Virus record (IMG/VR): IMGVR_UViG_3300020469_004451
Location: 39,474-103,473 of that record
From: a virus
Strand: one strand, 5' to 3'
Length of the DNA: 64,000 bases
Each line of letters starts with the position of its first letter. Position 1 is the first letter of the stretch. Positions 39,229 to 49,624 of the stretch are shown here, piece by piece. The position numbers and the translations under genes were made by a program. Below the pieces are notes generated by a model that did not search any database, was not told the origin of the DNA, and was given only the letters and a program-made list of their open reading frames with translations.

Positions 39229-39504
39229 ATGAGTATTCTAAAGTTGATTCAGACTGTCTTACGGTTACTTACAGGTTATTTTGAGCTTAAAAACAAGTCG
39301 ATTTCCTTTGATTTGGTTCGCGACTCTGAAAATCGTCAAGACGACTTGATTCAACAGATTGAATATTTAAGAGAAAAAGCAACAGAGGAATCCACTTCTA
39401 AAGCTGATTTTCTGAGGGGTAGACTGCAAAGAGAAAAGAAATATTATGAAGACATTCTTGTTAGTAATGCTGCTGATGATGGCAGCGACACTGGTGGCTT
39501 GTAA
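39229..39504 (+). CDS. Putative i-spanin-like protein
   Basis: N-terminal amphipathic/hydrophobic segment and coiled coil; 3' end overlaps a lipoprotein gene. Confidence 0.45.
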   Translation: MSILKLIQTVLRLLTGYFELKNKSISFDLVRDSENRQDDLIQQIEYLREKATEESTSKADFLRGRLQREKKYYEDILVSNAADDGSDTGGL

Positions 39505-39670
39505 AACCAAGCAGCCTGATATTTTAAATCTAAATATCTATCAGCCCAGTATCTTAAAATTACAGGGCGGTAAATCTATCCAAACAGCGCGTGGTATTTA
39601 TACCCCACAGCTAGATGAAATCTGGCATAGTGACAAGCGTTTTAGAGAATTAGAAAGAAGTTCCTATTAA
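39446..39670 (+). CDS. Lipoprotein, putative o-spanin
   Basis: Signal peptide with LVAC lipobox; overlaps the upstream gene in another frame. Confidence 0.55.
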   Translation: MKTFLLVMLLMMAATLVACKTKQPDILNLNIYQPSILKLQGGKSIQTARGIYTPQLDEIWHSDKRFRELERSSY

Positions 39671-39693
39671 AACAAGCAAGTGTAATATTAGAT

Positions 39694-39876
39694 ATGACAT
39701 GGTTAACTGAAAACTGGACAGATATTGTCAACGCAGTTACGGCTTTAGTCGCCGCCGCAGCAGCGGTAACGGCACTTACGCCATCTCCTAAAGACGATAA
39801 TATATTGAAGAAAATCCGTGACGTTCTCAACGTCATTGGTTTCAATGTTGGTAACGCGAGAAACCAAGAAGACTAA
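39694..39876 (+). CDS. Putative holin-like membrane protein
   Basis: NW..I...A..VTALTPSPKDD pattern of small phage membrane proteins. Confidence 0.55.
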   Translation: MTWLTENWTDIVNAVTALVAAAAAVTALTPSPKDDNILKKIRDVLNVIGFNVGNARNQED

Positions 39877-39903
39877 TTTTAATTAAATAGTCCTTATACA
39901 CAG

Positions 39904-39941
39904 AATCCGTTCGATTCTAAAGAATCGTGCGGATTTTTTTT
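39904..39941 (+). terminator. Intrinsic terminator
   Basis: AATCCG..CGATTC taaa GAATCG..CGGATT followed by a T run. Confidence 0.7.
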
Positions 39942-39973
39942 GTATATAGGTGTAATTCTACATAAAATAAGAT

Positions 39974-41593
39974 ATGGCGGGTGGAGTTTACAATTTAGTC
40001 CTTGGAGCAGATGAGATAAATGAAGCTGTTTCTGGAGCTTATCAGGCTTTGATAAGTGCAGATGGATATACTGGTGATTCAAAAGTCATTGGGGGTGGTT
40101 ATTTTGATTTTTTAAATAGTGAATCCTTAGCAGTAAACGGAAATGTTGATGTTACTGGTCATCTAATCGTAAATGATAATATCACAGGGTATGGCTCATC
40201 AGAATTTGCAAATCTGATTGCAACAGGGAACTCTTTTTTGTCTAATGTAACAGGAAGCGTAAGTTTTGATCAGATAAGCGCGACAGGAATCTCAGAACTC
40301 ACTTCTTTAATCAACGGAATTAATATTTCTGGTGGAGCGAATATAGCTGGTGGATTAGATGTAGGTGGAGGCATAAGAAATACTGGTGACTTCAAAAACT
40401 TTGGTCAATTTCATATTAACGATGAACTTTTTATTACTGGTGATACAAATATCACTGGAAGCCTATTTATAAATGGATTTGAAATAACAGGCGAAAATAA
40501 TTTAAGCATTACAATTACAGGTAATGGAACAGGCGGCTTTAACTTTTTTACAGAAGAATTTGCAAACACAACTAATACCCATTATGGATCATGGGGAACT
40601 TCTTTAATCTCAAGCACAGGCGTGGGAGCAGACGGAACTACAGCTAATCCAGCCCACATTGACTACGCAATGAGTTCAAAGGGCAATGGGGGATATGTAA
40701 TAAATCCACAAAACACTGCCAACAAAAGAGGAAAGTTGGTAATTGATTTTCAACCCGAAAGGGGTGACCCTCTTTTTGAAAATACAACTGGTGATATGTC
40801 TATAACTATAGGTTCTAGAAACATGCACCATACAGAAGAAGGTGTTATTATAGGCAACAGAAACAGAGTTAGGCACAGCCCTTCTTTCGATGCAGATAAT
40901 TATAATTTTATTGGTGGAAGAGCCAACAGATTTTTAAATGCACAGCGTTCTAACGCCATTGGTCAAGCTAACGGAGCTTTTTTCACCACAGATTCTAGTA
41001 TTATTGGTCAAAACAATATTGTAACTGGTGCAAGTGCTATTAACAGCATAGTTGTAGCGGGTAGTTCAAACCAGATAAGTGGAAGTTTTAGTTCTTCATT
41101 TGGTCATAGAAACTCTTCCGCAAAAGCAAAGTCTACAAACATTGGAGTCGATTCTCAAGCGAATAGGTTCGGAGAGATAGCTTTTGGTAACGGAAAATTT
41201 GCTCAAAACGGAGACTCACAAACTTCATTATTCATCTCTAGATGTTCTACCTCTAACGCTGTTCAAACAGAAGTTTTCTTGGATAATGCTGGCGAAAGAA
41301 TCACTGTTGCTACAGATTCAGCAATTGCCTTTGAAACACTAATCATAGGAAAACAATCATCAAGCTCAAATGCTGCTGGATATAAAATCTCAGGTGTTAT
41401 CGCAAATAACGGAGGCACAACGGCTTTGGTTGGTTCAATTACAAAAACTGTTTTGGGCGAAAGTGTTGCAAGTTGGGACGCTACAATTGAGGCAGATAAT
41501 ACTAATGATGCACTTGTAATTAAGGTTACTGGAACTTCATCTAACAATATTCGATGGGTCGCTACAACTCATACTTCTGAGGTTGTTTTTTAG
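39974..41593 (+). CDS. Tail fibre / receptor-binding-like virion protein
   Basis: Gly/Asn-rich trimeric beta-helix repeats, C-terminal domain ending ...NIRWVAT. Confidence 0.7.
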   Translation: MAGGVYNLVLGADEINEAVSGAYQALISADGYTGDSKVIGGGYFDFLNSESLAVNGNVDVTGHLIVNDNITGYGSSEFANLIATGNSFLSNVTGSVSFDQISATGISELTSLINGINISGGANIAGGLDVGGGIRNTGDFKNFGQFHINDELFITGDTNITGSLFINGFEITGENNLSITITGNGTGGFNFFTEEFANTTNTHYGSWGTSLISSTGVGADGTTANPAHIDYAMSSKGNGGYVINPQNTANKRGKLVIDFQPERGDPLFENTTGDMSITIGSRNMHHTEEGVIIGNRNRVRHSPSFDADNYNFIGGRANRFLNAQRSNAIGQANGAFFTTDSSIIGQNNIVTGASAINSIVVAGSSNQISGSFSSSFGHRNSSAKAKSTNIGVDSQANRFGEIAFGNGKFAQNGDSQTSLFISRCSTSNAVQTEVFLDNAGERITVATDSAIAFETLIIGKQSSSSNAAGYKISGVIANNGGTTALVGSITKTVLGESVASWDATIEADNTNDALVIKVTGTSSNNIRWVATTHTSEVVF

Positions 41594-41616
41594 ATCAAGG
41601 CTGATATAATTAGTTG

Positions 41617-43503
41617 ATGAATTATGTTTTCTTAGGAGATTCTCCTACGTTAGAGACGGGCTTTGCTCGCGTTACTAAAAATATTATTCCAAACTTGGAG
41701 CTTCCAAACAAACATGTTTGGGGTATAGGTTATAGAGGTCTTCCTCACGACTATAACTTTAATATTTATCCTGCAAACATAAATTCTAGTTGGCTCGATC
41801 AACAAAATAAAGAAAGATTTGAGCAGTTTTTAATGGCACTTGAAGGGCCAATTGTTCTTTGGTGTATTCACGATGCTTTTAGATTGGCTTACTTCAAAGG
41901 AGTGCTTGAAAGAGTGAAGCAACAGAAAGAATTAACAATTGTAGCTTACATGCCTGTTGATTCTTATCTTGATGAAAAGGACGGCGAATTTATTCCTATT
42001 GTAGATATTCCAGTAGCTTATACAGAGTTTGGAGCGGAAAATATAAGAAGGTTTACAGATAAAGAAGTAAAAGTAATCCCACACGGTAACGATCAAGATT
42101 TTGTAAAAATAGAAGGCTTTGACAGAACTAATTATTTTCCTCAGTTACATCAAGGTTTAAAACTTATGGGTGTGGTTAATTCTAATTCTGAAAGAAAGAA
42201 TCTATTCCGCTCAATGCAAATCTTTAGAGAACTTGTTATCAAAGATGATTCTTGGAGACTGTATTTACACTGCGATCCAAATGGCTTTTTTCGTCTTAAA
42301 AAAATTGCAGAAGAAATGGGGATACAGCAATTTGTAGTTTACGGCGATCCTTATTTTAATTCAAATATTATAGGAGACACGGCTTGTGATAAGCAAGAAT
42401 TAATAAATATCTACAATTGCTTTGATCTTTTTCTTTCAACATCGCATGGAGAAGGTTGGGGCTTGACGGCTACAGAAGCCGCAAGCTGCGGAGTTCCTTT
42501 GGCTCTTCACAGAACTACAGCACATGAGGAGATTTTCAATGACGATTCATGTATCTTTTTGCCTTCCAGCCATAAGGCTTACTATGATGATAAAATATTA
42601 GGTGATTTAGACCCGATTGAATCAGCAGACATCATTCACAGAGAGTTTCAAACAAGAAATTTAGATCATCAGATTAAAAAAGCTAAAGAAATAGTTGATT
42701 CTTATTGTTGGGATGAAATCAATGAAACTTGGGAAGATACGCTCTTGGAAGCGGGTGGTCTTAAATTAGTAACACAGCAGAAATATCTAGTTTCATCTGG
42801 CATGAGAGTTGGATCTACAATGCTTGGAAGTTTGGTGGCAGACATTACAAAAAAACCTAATTGTGAATATATTTTTGTGGACAAACTTGGATTAGATAAT
42901 TTCTTTAGATATTTCCACGACCTATCTGCTGATAAATGGTATAAAAGTCATTCTATCTTACCACAAGATTTTAACAATGTGTTGAGTAAATGCGAAGGTC
43001 TGAAAATTCTGAATATCACCAGAAACACACAAGACGCTCTAGCTAGTAGATTTTATTACTCATATAAACATTCTCCAAACAGGGGTTCTGATAGCGATAT
43101 TTTAAGAGAAATTAAAGAGTGGGGAGATTCTGCCCCCATGTTAGAAAAAGATATTATCTTACGCTCTGTTAAGGAGAGGGGTGCTGTTCACAGGTGGTAT
43201 AATGAATTAATGGTTTTTACAGAAGAGGTGAACAATCAAAGGGTCATTACTTTGAATTATGACAAACTAATTTCTGGCGATGAAGAAGAAATAAACAGGC
43301 TTTTGAATTTTTGTGGTTCATCACAGAGTGTTGACTCAATTAAGAATTGGTTTCCAGCTACTTTTGAAAAATCTCAAAAATATGAAATTGAGACGAGCAA
43401 TAGGTCTGGAGACGCATTGTTCTTTAGAAAAGGCGCTGACTCAAATGGTTCTGACTTGTTCGATGAAAATATTATGGAAGAGCTAGAGAAAAGTGTAAAC
43501 TAA
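41617..43503 (+). CDS. GT4 glycosyltransferase - sulfotransferase fusion
   Basis: N-half TGFARV, NSERKN, GEGWGLTATEA; C-half MRVGSTML, KSH, RN..D..ASR, FFRKG. Confidence 0.8.
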   Translation: MNYVFLGDSPTLETGFARVTKNIIPNLELPNKHVWGIGYRGLPHDYNFNIYPANINSSWLDQQNKERFEQFLMALEGPIVLWCIHDAFRLAYFKGVLERVKQQKELTIVAYMPVDSYLDEKDGEFIPIVDIPVAYTEFGAENIRRFTDKEVKVIPHGNDQDFVKIEGFDRTNYFPQLHQGLKLMGVVNSNSERKNLFRSMQIFRELVIKDDSWRLYLHCDPNGFFRLKKIAEEMGIQQFVVYGDPYFNSNIIGDTACDKQELINIYNCFDLFLSTSHGEGWGLTATEAASCGVPLALHRTTAHEEIFNDDSCIFLPSSHKAYYDDKILGDLDPIESADIIHREFQTRNLDHQIKKAKEIVDSYCWDEINETWEDTLLEAGGLKLVTQQKYLVSSGMRVGSTMLGSLVADITKKPNCEYIFVDKLGLDNFFRYFHDLSADKWYKSHSILPQDFNNVLSKCEGLKILNITRNTQDALASRFYYSYKHSPNRGSDSDILREIKEWGDSAPMLEKDIILRSVKERGAVHRWYNELMVFTEEVNNQRVITLNYDKLISGDEEEINRLLNFCGSSQSVDSIKNWFPATFEKSQKYEIETSNRSGDALFFRKGADSNGSDLFDENIMEELEKSVN

Positions 43504-43507
43504 GTAT

Positions 43508-44236
43508 ATGATTATAGATAATAATACTAATAATTTTATAATTTTAAATTCTTCGTTTATTGCTTCACTCAACGAAGAAGATGAAGATGATATTAAATTT
43601 TCTGTAGAAGAAGGGGCTGTATTGTCCAATGTTACTGAAGAAGGGTTTGCCTCTTCTAAAACAACAGGACCATTTGAAGAACAACCCGTTTATATAGGTA
43701 TAACCACACCGAAAAGTGGTAAAACACATTATCCAACTCGTGTTGCAATATATACTGAGGAAGAGAAAAACGAAAAGAATACAGATGATGAAGATCATTG
43801 GACTTGGATAGAAATAATTGATGCAGAAGGTGGCGTTTTACAACTTGGATCTGATATCATATCGACTGAACCACAAGTTGTCGTAGTTGGAAGACATAAG
43901 ATTAGTTTTGAAAGTTATAAAAACGAAAATTTTGTTAGGGCTTCAACTCACTCATTGAAGTTTTCAGACGACAACAGTGTGTCAAGATTGATTCCTTTAC
44001 CAACAAAACCTTTTATTAGCCCTTTTACGGGGGCCGAGTCCGATTTCTCAGTATTAGCGAGTAGCGAATTTATTTTAACTATACATCGAAGGCAAAGGTC
44101 TAAAGAAGAAGAAGATGTGCTTGATGACGAATTTGAATTAATTGCAGTTGAAGATTATCCTTCTAGTGATTTAGGTAGAGAAAAAATTGCCTTAGCTTTA
44201 ATAAAACCTTTAGCAAGAACAATTACCAAACTATAA
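43508..44236 (+). CDS. Hypothetical acidic protein, probably virion-associated
   Basis: 242-aa ORF preceded by the GTGTAA motif. Confidence 0.5.
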   Translation: MIIDNNTNNFIILNSSFIASLNEEDEDDIKFSVEEGAVLSNVTEEGFASSKTTGPFEEQPVYIGITTPKSGKTHYPTRVAIYTEEEKNEKNTDDEDHWTWIEIIDAEGGVLQLGSDIISTEPQVVVVGRHKISFESYKNENFVRASTHSLKFSDDNSVSRLIPLPTKPFISPFTGAESDFSVLASSEFILTIHRRQRSKEEEDVLDDEFELIAVEDYPSSDLGREKIALALIKPLARTITKL

Positions 44237-44239
44237 ATT

Positions 44240-45160
44240 ATGATAAAAATTTTTGGGCAAAGGAGGGGCGATAATTTTCATTGTGCTGGACCATTTATCC
44301 CTTTTATCAGAGATGGTAAAATGGGGATCAGAGGGGGCAAGGTTATATCTATTTCTCCTCAAAATTTAGTAGAGGTAGAAACCAAAAAAGAAATAGACAA
44401 AGATGAAGATGGATCAATAGAGGCGTATTTACATATAAAATCAGTGCCAGCTTCTTGTCAAATAAGAGAAGTAAATATTTTAAGTAAAGAAGAAGTTAGA
44501 TTAGAAAAAGAAAAAAGTGATAACTTACTGAATATATACATTCCAATAGCTGTTGCTCAAGAAGGAAGGGGCGAAGCAGTTGGAATTGAAGAATCAGATA
44601 ATATAAATACAGATTTTTTGTTTCTTAAAGAGAATAAAGATTTACCCTTTGCTTGTTACTTTGATTCTGGTAAAGTTCATATTACAGGATATCTGTTATC
44701 GGAAACCCTTGGGCAAACTATAGCTCGCAGGGGTAGTTCGACACCCATAAAAGAAAACGAAGATGGTGATCCAATGTTTCTTGTCGCTTCTCTCACTTTA
44801 GACGTTGACACTCAGGGAGGGCTTTCAATTTTTAATGCTACAAAATTCTCCTTTGACTTTGTAAAAAAAGATGAAATTACTGCTAATGCAGTCGAAGTTG
44901 ATTATGACAGTGAGGAAATTTTAAAATATGCAAGTGGAGAAACTGATGTGCAACCTTGGAGGTTAAAGGGTTCTCTTAATTTTAATATGCCAATAGGTTA
45001 TATTCAACAATCAAATTTTATACATTGTAGACCACCTAGTAATGTTTCATTTTCAGTGGGTTATACTACAACGATGGATTATAGCGGAGAATTCTCAGAT
45101 GGTGGATGTATAAGACCAAAATACAAATATACTCGCAAATATTTTATAAACGCATTTTAA
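44240..45160 (+). CDS. Hypothetical protein, probably virion-associated
   Basis: 306-aa ORF in the same operon. Confidence 0.5.
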   Translation: MIKIFGQRRGDNFHCAGPFIPFIRDGKMGIRGGKVISISPQNLVEVETKKEIDKDEDGSIEAYLHIKSVPASCQIREVNILSKEEVRLEKEKSDNLLNIYIPIAVAQEGRGEAVGIEESDNINTDFLFLKENKDLPFACYFDSGKVHITGYLLSETLGQTIARRGSSTPIKENEDGDPMFLVASLTLDVDTQGGLSIFNATKFSFDFVKKDEITANAVEVDYDSEEILKYASGETDVQPWRLKGSLNFNMPIGYIQQSNFIHCRPPSNVSFSVGYTTTMDYSGEFSDGGCIRPKYKYTRKYFINAF

Positions 45161-45176
45161 CTCAATTATTATTGTC

Positions 45177-46898
45177 ATGTTTCTTAGATCGCGCCCAACT
45201 AAAGATTTGGATCATAAAATGCCACCTTTTCTTGCATCAGTTTCTTCATCATTTGATGAAAAAGAGGAGGAAGAAAAAGAAGTTTCTTTTGGAAAAGGTA
45301 AAATCTTTCAATGTTATAATAACTCTTATCAATCATTAGACGGCAAAGAAGAGGAGAAAGAGGAGGGGGAAGAAAAAGAAGTATTGGTTGAAGGCTCAAA
45401 GTGGCATTATCCAAAAAATATTTCTGAAAAATTTACTTTTGAAGATAAGGATAAATTTTATATTAGACCTGATAAATTTTTTGATCAAAGTGAAATAATT
45501 AAAGTTACAGAAGGTGACAATACAGAAGACGGTGATATCTTGATTTGGGAAGCGGGAGATGAGGAAGAAGAAATAAGCCCAAAGCAATACCTTTCTTCTC
45601 ATGTCTATTTACAAAACATTGATGAATATAGACAACAATCATTTACTAGAGTCTTATTAGAAAAAAATAAAGACGGTTCTAAACGTTATAGATTTAATGG
45701 TGGATGGTTTATAATGAAAGACATGGGTATCTATGAATTTATCCCAAGTTTTGAATATACTTTAGAAGAAGATCAAGAAAGATATTTTTATATTCAAACT
45801 GAAGCTGCAATAACAGCGGGAAAGCCAGAAAATTGGGCAAACAGTGATAGAAAATTTATTAAAAAAATCAAAGCATTAAGAGTAAAGAACTTTCCAGATG
45901 GCGCTAAAGTTCAGCATTCAAGAAAAAAAGTAGCATTAATATATTTCGATAATAATGTAGAAATAACACAACAATTTTCTCAAACAGTTAATAATGCATA
46001 TATAGGAAAAGACTGCGCCCGAACTCCAGCGCAAAGATCAGGGGCAGAATTTGGAAGTCTACTTTTCGGTAGTGTTGACGCTAGGGAATTACATAGAATT
46101 AGTGATACGAAAAAACGTGGTGTTTACTTGACACCTGTTGCTATTTTGGATTCAACAACAGAAAGTGGTAGACAAGGTGGCGACATATATAGAAATTATG
46201 CTGTTTTAAATCAAACAAACACTCGTATTGGACGGATAGTTGGTTATCAAATTAGCATAGCAACTGTCCCACCTAGAGTATCTCATGTATTTGTTTCATC
46301 TTCTAATCCGTTTAATACTAATTGTAAAATACCAACCGCAAAATATTATATAGAAGTATTGGCTTTCGATGAAGAAAAAGAAATCGGTGATTTCGAATAT
46401 GAACCCGAAGTAACAGTGGGGGGAATACCACTCAGCGACAGTGAAATTCCAGATAATAGTTTAAGCCCTGATAAAATATTCAGTGAAGAAGAAATAAAAG
46501 AATTTAATCGTCTAGCCCAAGAACAAAGCGAAGAAGGAAGCGGTGGAGGAGAAAGCGGTGATGAGGATGATGAAGAAGAAATCGAAAAAGGAGATACGAC
46601 TATCTGGACTATACACGGTGAACTCAAACCATTGGGCAAGGCATATGAAGTATTAAAAGTAGAGGTTCCATCTCAATATTATCTTTTCGTAAAAAATGAA
46701 GATACAGTCGAAAACGAAATCGGAAAGGAATGTGATTGGCAACAGGCATCATTTGGGGGAACTAATACATTTTATGAATTTGTGGAGGCGAGATTCCATC
46801 AAGTAACATCTGAATTAGTAATTGTTGGAGAAGATTTGGGATATAATCAAGCTTCCTTACATGACGGAGACATTGTTTTGGGTCTGGAAGGACTTTAA
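45177..46898 (+). CDS. Hypothetical protein with Glu-rich linkers, probably virion-associated
   Basis: 573-aa ORF in the same operon. Confidence 0.5.
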   Translation: MFLRSRPTKDLDHKMPPFLASVSSSFDEKEEEEKEVSFGKGKIFQCYNNSYQSLDGKEEEKEEGEEKEVLVEGSKWHYPKNISEKFTFEDKDKFYIRPDKFFDQSEIIKVTEGDNTEDGDILIWEAGDEEEEISPKQYLSSHVYLQNIDEYRQQSFTRVLLEKNKDGSKRYRFNGGWFIMKDMGIYEFIPSFEYTLEEDQERYFYIQTEAAITAGKPENWANSDRKFIKKIKALRVKNFPDGAKVQHSRKKVALIYFDNNVEITQQFSQTVNNAYIGKDCARTPAQRSGAEFGSLLFGSVDARELHRISDTKKRGVYLTPVAILDSTTESGRQGGDIYRNYAVLNQTNTRIGRIVGYQISIATVPPRVSHVFVSSSNPFNTNCKIPTAKYYIEVLAFDEEKEIGDFEYEPEVTVGGIPLSDSEIPDNSLSPDKIFSEEEIKEFNRLAQEQSEEGSGGGESGDEDDEEEIEKGDTTIWTIHGELKPLGKAYEVLKVEVPSQYYLFVKNEDTVENEIGKECDWQQASFGGTNTFYEFVEARFHQVTSELVIVGEDLGYNQASLHDGDIVLGLEGL

Positions 46899-46906
46899 CG
46901 ATACTG

Positions 46907-46999
46907 TCAATTGTCTTTTTTGTTAAAGATCCTATCGTAATTTTTTCTATATTTATCGCCTTTTACTTTTCTAGGCTTATCACCTTTTCCTGCGCTCAT
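46907..46999 (-). CDS. Small phage protein (30 aa, GKG..PR...Y..NYDRIF type; not in ORF track)
   Basis: MSAGKGDKPRKVKGDKYRKNYDRIFNKKDN; ATGA overlap with the upstream ORF. Confidence 0.6.
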   Translation of the reverse strand: MSAGKGDKPRKVKGDKYRKNYDRIFNKKDN

Positions 47000-47268
47000 G
47001 CAGTCCACTCCCAATAAGTGCCAGAATCATTCGTATGAAGAGATGGGAAGTATCCATCTTCTCTCAAATCTGTATAAGCCTCATACAAAGCATTCTTATC
47101 TTCTTTAAGCTTCTCTTCGCTCAAATAAGCCCTGCAAATCCACGTAGGGTTCTCTGCATACTGGTTCTCATCAGAGCATCTAGAGACGCTTACAGAACGA
47201 ACAGAGCTATACTCTGCCATTTTGTTCTCTAGATTCTTTTCTACAATTTTTTCTTCAACCAATTCCAT
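46996..47268 (-). CDS. Hypothetical protein
   Basis: ORF in a minus-strand operon. Confidence 0.55.
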   Translation of the reverse strand: MELVEEKIVEKNLENKMAEYSSVRSVSVSRCSDENQYAENPTWICRAYLSEEKLKEDKNALYEAYTDLREDGYFPSLHTNDSGTYWEWTA

Positions 47269-47272
47269 GTTA

Positions 47273-47812
47273 TTATCTAAATTCTGAGCGGAAAAATCTC
47301 CACCTATCTGAGTCTATTTTTATTTCGTTAGAGTTTATCTTTTTTAATTTTTCTATAATTTCTTCAACTGAGTTGTAAAAATAAGAGGGGTTCAATAAAC
47401 CAGTGAGCCACAAGGGAGCTTCCTTGATTCCACCCTCAATGGCGACAAATATAGGCTTTTTTGCCTGATTAGCAACCACTATTTCGTGAGTAGTGCCGTA
47501 AGTTGGGATCTTTGGATTAATTACACAAATAATAAAGTCTGATCTATCAACCATAGCCAAATCAAAAGCGATCACTTCCTTCATGTGGTCATGGACTTCT
47601 TTTAGATTCGATTCTCTTTGTGATTTTAAATACGCTTGAGTCTCAGGATCTTCTTTGATCTGACTCTCAAAAGGTTTTTTATAAGGATCAAAACAAGTGA
47701 CCCCAAGTGGGCTTAGTTCTTTAGCGACTGTTTCTCTCCATTGAGAGCCGTCGCCGTATTCCATGTATCCTATTAAATACGATTTTGTTTTATCAAGTAA
47801 ATTACTCTGCAT
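47273..47812 (-). CDS. Nucleoside 2-deoxyribosyltransferase-like protein
   Basis: YLIG.M, WR, FDP, DLAMVDRSD, GTTHE...A..KP. Confidence 0.8.
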   Translation of the reverse strand: MQSNLLDKTKSYLIGYMEYGDGSQWRETVAKELSPLGVTCFDPYKKPFESQIKEDPETQAYLKSQRESNLKEVHDHMKEVIAFDLAMVDRSDFIICVINPKIPTYGTTHEIVVANQAKKPIFVAIEGGIKEAPLWLTGLLNPSYFYNSVEEIIEKLKKINSNEIKIDSDRWRFFRSEFR

Positions 47813-48026
47813 AATCCCAAGGATGACCCTTTTCTTTATTCTTATACCACTTAATCAAATCCCTTTTTTTAATCCCAAAAACCATCAATGCGTAGTCAGT
47901 AGAAGAAATGATTTTATATTTTTTTCTAAAAGCGGTATCTGCTTCAGAGAATGTAGAGCAGCTTACCAAGAAGGTCAAGGAAAAACACAAGAACCAAATG
48001 AGTTTTATTTTTATTTGTTTTGCCAT
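47802..48026 (-). CDS. Hypothetical protein, possible lipoprotein
   Basis: Basic N-terminus, hydrophobic stretch, LVSC. Confidence 0.4.
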   Translation of the reverse strand: MAKQIKIKLIWFLCFSLTFLVSCSTFSEADTAFRKKYKIISSTDYALMVFGIKKRDLIKWYKNKEKGHPWDYAE

Positions 48027-48120
48027 AACGAACTACCAAATAAAACGATGCACACTATGCCCCCCAAAAATAGTAATTCCCAAAAGTAAGGCATCGTAAA
48101 AAGAATTAAAATTAAATAAT

Positions 48121-48303
48121 TTACTCTGAATCGTTTATAGGCCAAACTCCATGATGTCCGAAAAATGGGTCTAGTTCTGTATTCAAAACAACTTCAAGAT
48201 TATGATGACCAAGTATTTTGTTAATTCTTTCTAACTGAATTTGATTAGGCTGAACGACATCAATAATTTCAGACACCAATATTTGTAGTTCTTCTTCTTT
48301 CAT
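48121..48303 (-). CDS. Hypothetical protein
   Basis: 60-aa ORF, co-oriented with neighbours. Confidence 0.45.
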   Translation of the reverse strand: MKEEELQILVSEIIDVVQPNQIQLERINKILGHHNLEVVLNTELDPFFGHHGVWPINDSE

Positions 48304-48322
48304 CTTTTTAATAACATAGTTT

Positions 48323-49057
48323 TCATATTACTGCTACACCTTTTTTAGTTACAGCTTTTCCCGCACATTCTTGAGCAAATAATATACTTTTTATAATATC
48401 TAAATCATCAATATAGTTTGTGACTAATCCCGCTAAAAACGTATCTCCCGCACCAGAAAGGTCTAAAGCGTCCACCACTTCATCAGGGGTATATGTTATA
48501 TCATCATGCTTAACCCCTCTCTCTCCTAAAGTAACTATTAGCTGAGAATTAAGTAAAGAGTCTAGATAAGTAGAATTTTTTTTATATTCAGTTTCATTAA
48601 TCTTTATAAAAGATGCCCCTCTAATCCAATCACCTATTTGTTTTTTAGTATCTATAAAAGTCAAAGGGTATGCTTCTATAATAAATTGAATATCTTCTTG
48701 AGTTAAAAAACCTTTATCGTAATCACTAATAACTACTGCATCGTAATCTTTTAAATTAAACAAATCGACTCCAATAGAATCAGCTTTGTCATTATCATCT
48801 ATTCTTAAAAGCATTTGATTAGTCTTATAATCTACATATCTAGTTTTACTCATAAGATTAGAATTAGTAACTAGAAATACTTCTACATTTTCATTAACTA
48901 GACTTTTGATGTTATTATAAACATTTCTAGCCATTCCCCCATTTTTTTTTGTTTCTTTCGGGGTAAATACAGGCACAGGGGCTTCGGGGCATATTCTATC
49001 GCATTTACCATATACAAAAATATCGTCACAACTATCTCCTATAACTAATATCTTCAT
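48323..49057 (-). CDS. rfaE1: D-glycero-beta-D-manno-heptose-7-phosphate kinase (RfaE domain I)
   Basis: GD..D.FVYG...RICPEAPVPV, KTR....Q.LLRID, SDYDKG, D.SGAGDTF. Confidence 0.9.
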   Translation of the reverse strand: MKILVIGDSCDDIFVYGKCDRICPEAPVPVFTPKETKKNGGMARNVYNNIKSLVNENVEVFLVTNSNLMSKTRYVDYKTNQMLLRIDDNDKADSIGVDLFNLKDYDAVVISDYDKGFLTQEDIQFIIEAYPLTFIDTKKQIGDWIRGASFIKINETEYKKNSTYLDSLLNSQLIVTLGERGVKHDDITYTPDEVVDALDLSGAGDTFLAGLVTNYIDDLDIIKSILFAQECAGKAVTKKGVAVI

Positions 49058-49097
49058 ATCTCTTCTATTATCGTTCCATCTATATCTACAAAAATTC

Positions 49098-49481
49098 TCA
49101 TTGTTTTAATATATTTGTAGTTGAATAACCTTCTATTCTATTAAAATATACGATTTCTTTTGCAAAATAACCACCAACTACATCTTTATCTTTCCAATCA
49201 CTACCTACTACTAAATAATCTGGTTGATAGTTTTTTATCAAATTTTCTAATTCTTTTCTAGAGTTAAATACATAAACTTCATTGACAGCTTTTAAACTCT
49301 CTAAAGCATAAACTCTATCATCAATATTATTGAATGGTCTATTAGCACCTTTATCTAAACAAACTTTTTCATCTGAGTCTATGCCTACAGCTAACTTATC
49401 TCCTAAATCTTTTGCAAAATTAAATAACTCATAATGCCCTCTATGTAGGACATCAAAGCATCCATTAACCCAAACTTTCAT
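49098..49481 (-). CDS. rfaE2: D-glycero-beta-D-manno-heptose-1-phosphate nucleotidyltransferase (RfaE domain II)
   Basis: NGCFDVLHRGH, KG.NRP, PD.LV.G.DW, GYSTT. Confidence 0.9.
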   Translation of the reverse strand: MKVWVNGCFDVLHRGHYELFNFAKDLGDKLAVGIDSDEKVCLDKGANRPFNNIDDRVYALESLKAVNEVYVFNSRKELENLIKNYQPDYLVVGSDWKDKDVVGGYFAKEIVYFNRIEGYSTTNILKQ

Positions 49482-49624
49482 CTTTTAAACAAGATATATC
49501 CAATATACATTAACACTATAAATAAAATTCCTATCCAGTGAGGTGGAACAGGTGGACTTAGTTTAAACCAACCGCAAGCCGCTCCTATTAAAAAAGCTAA
49601 TATTAAACTTAATACTTCCTTCAA
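49478..49624 (-). CDS. XapX/DUF1427-like small membrane protein (48 aa, not in ORF track)
   Basis: MKEVLSLILAFLIGAACGWFKLSPPVPPHWIGILFIVLMYIGY; overlaps both neighbours by 4 nt. Confidence 0.65.
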   Translation of the reverse strand: MKEVLSLILAFLIGAACGWFKLSPPVPPHWIGILFIVLMYIGYILFKR

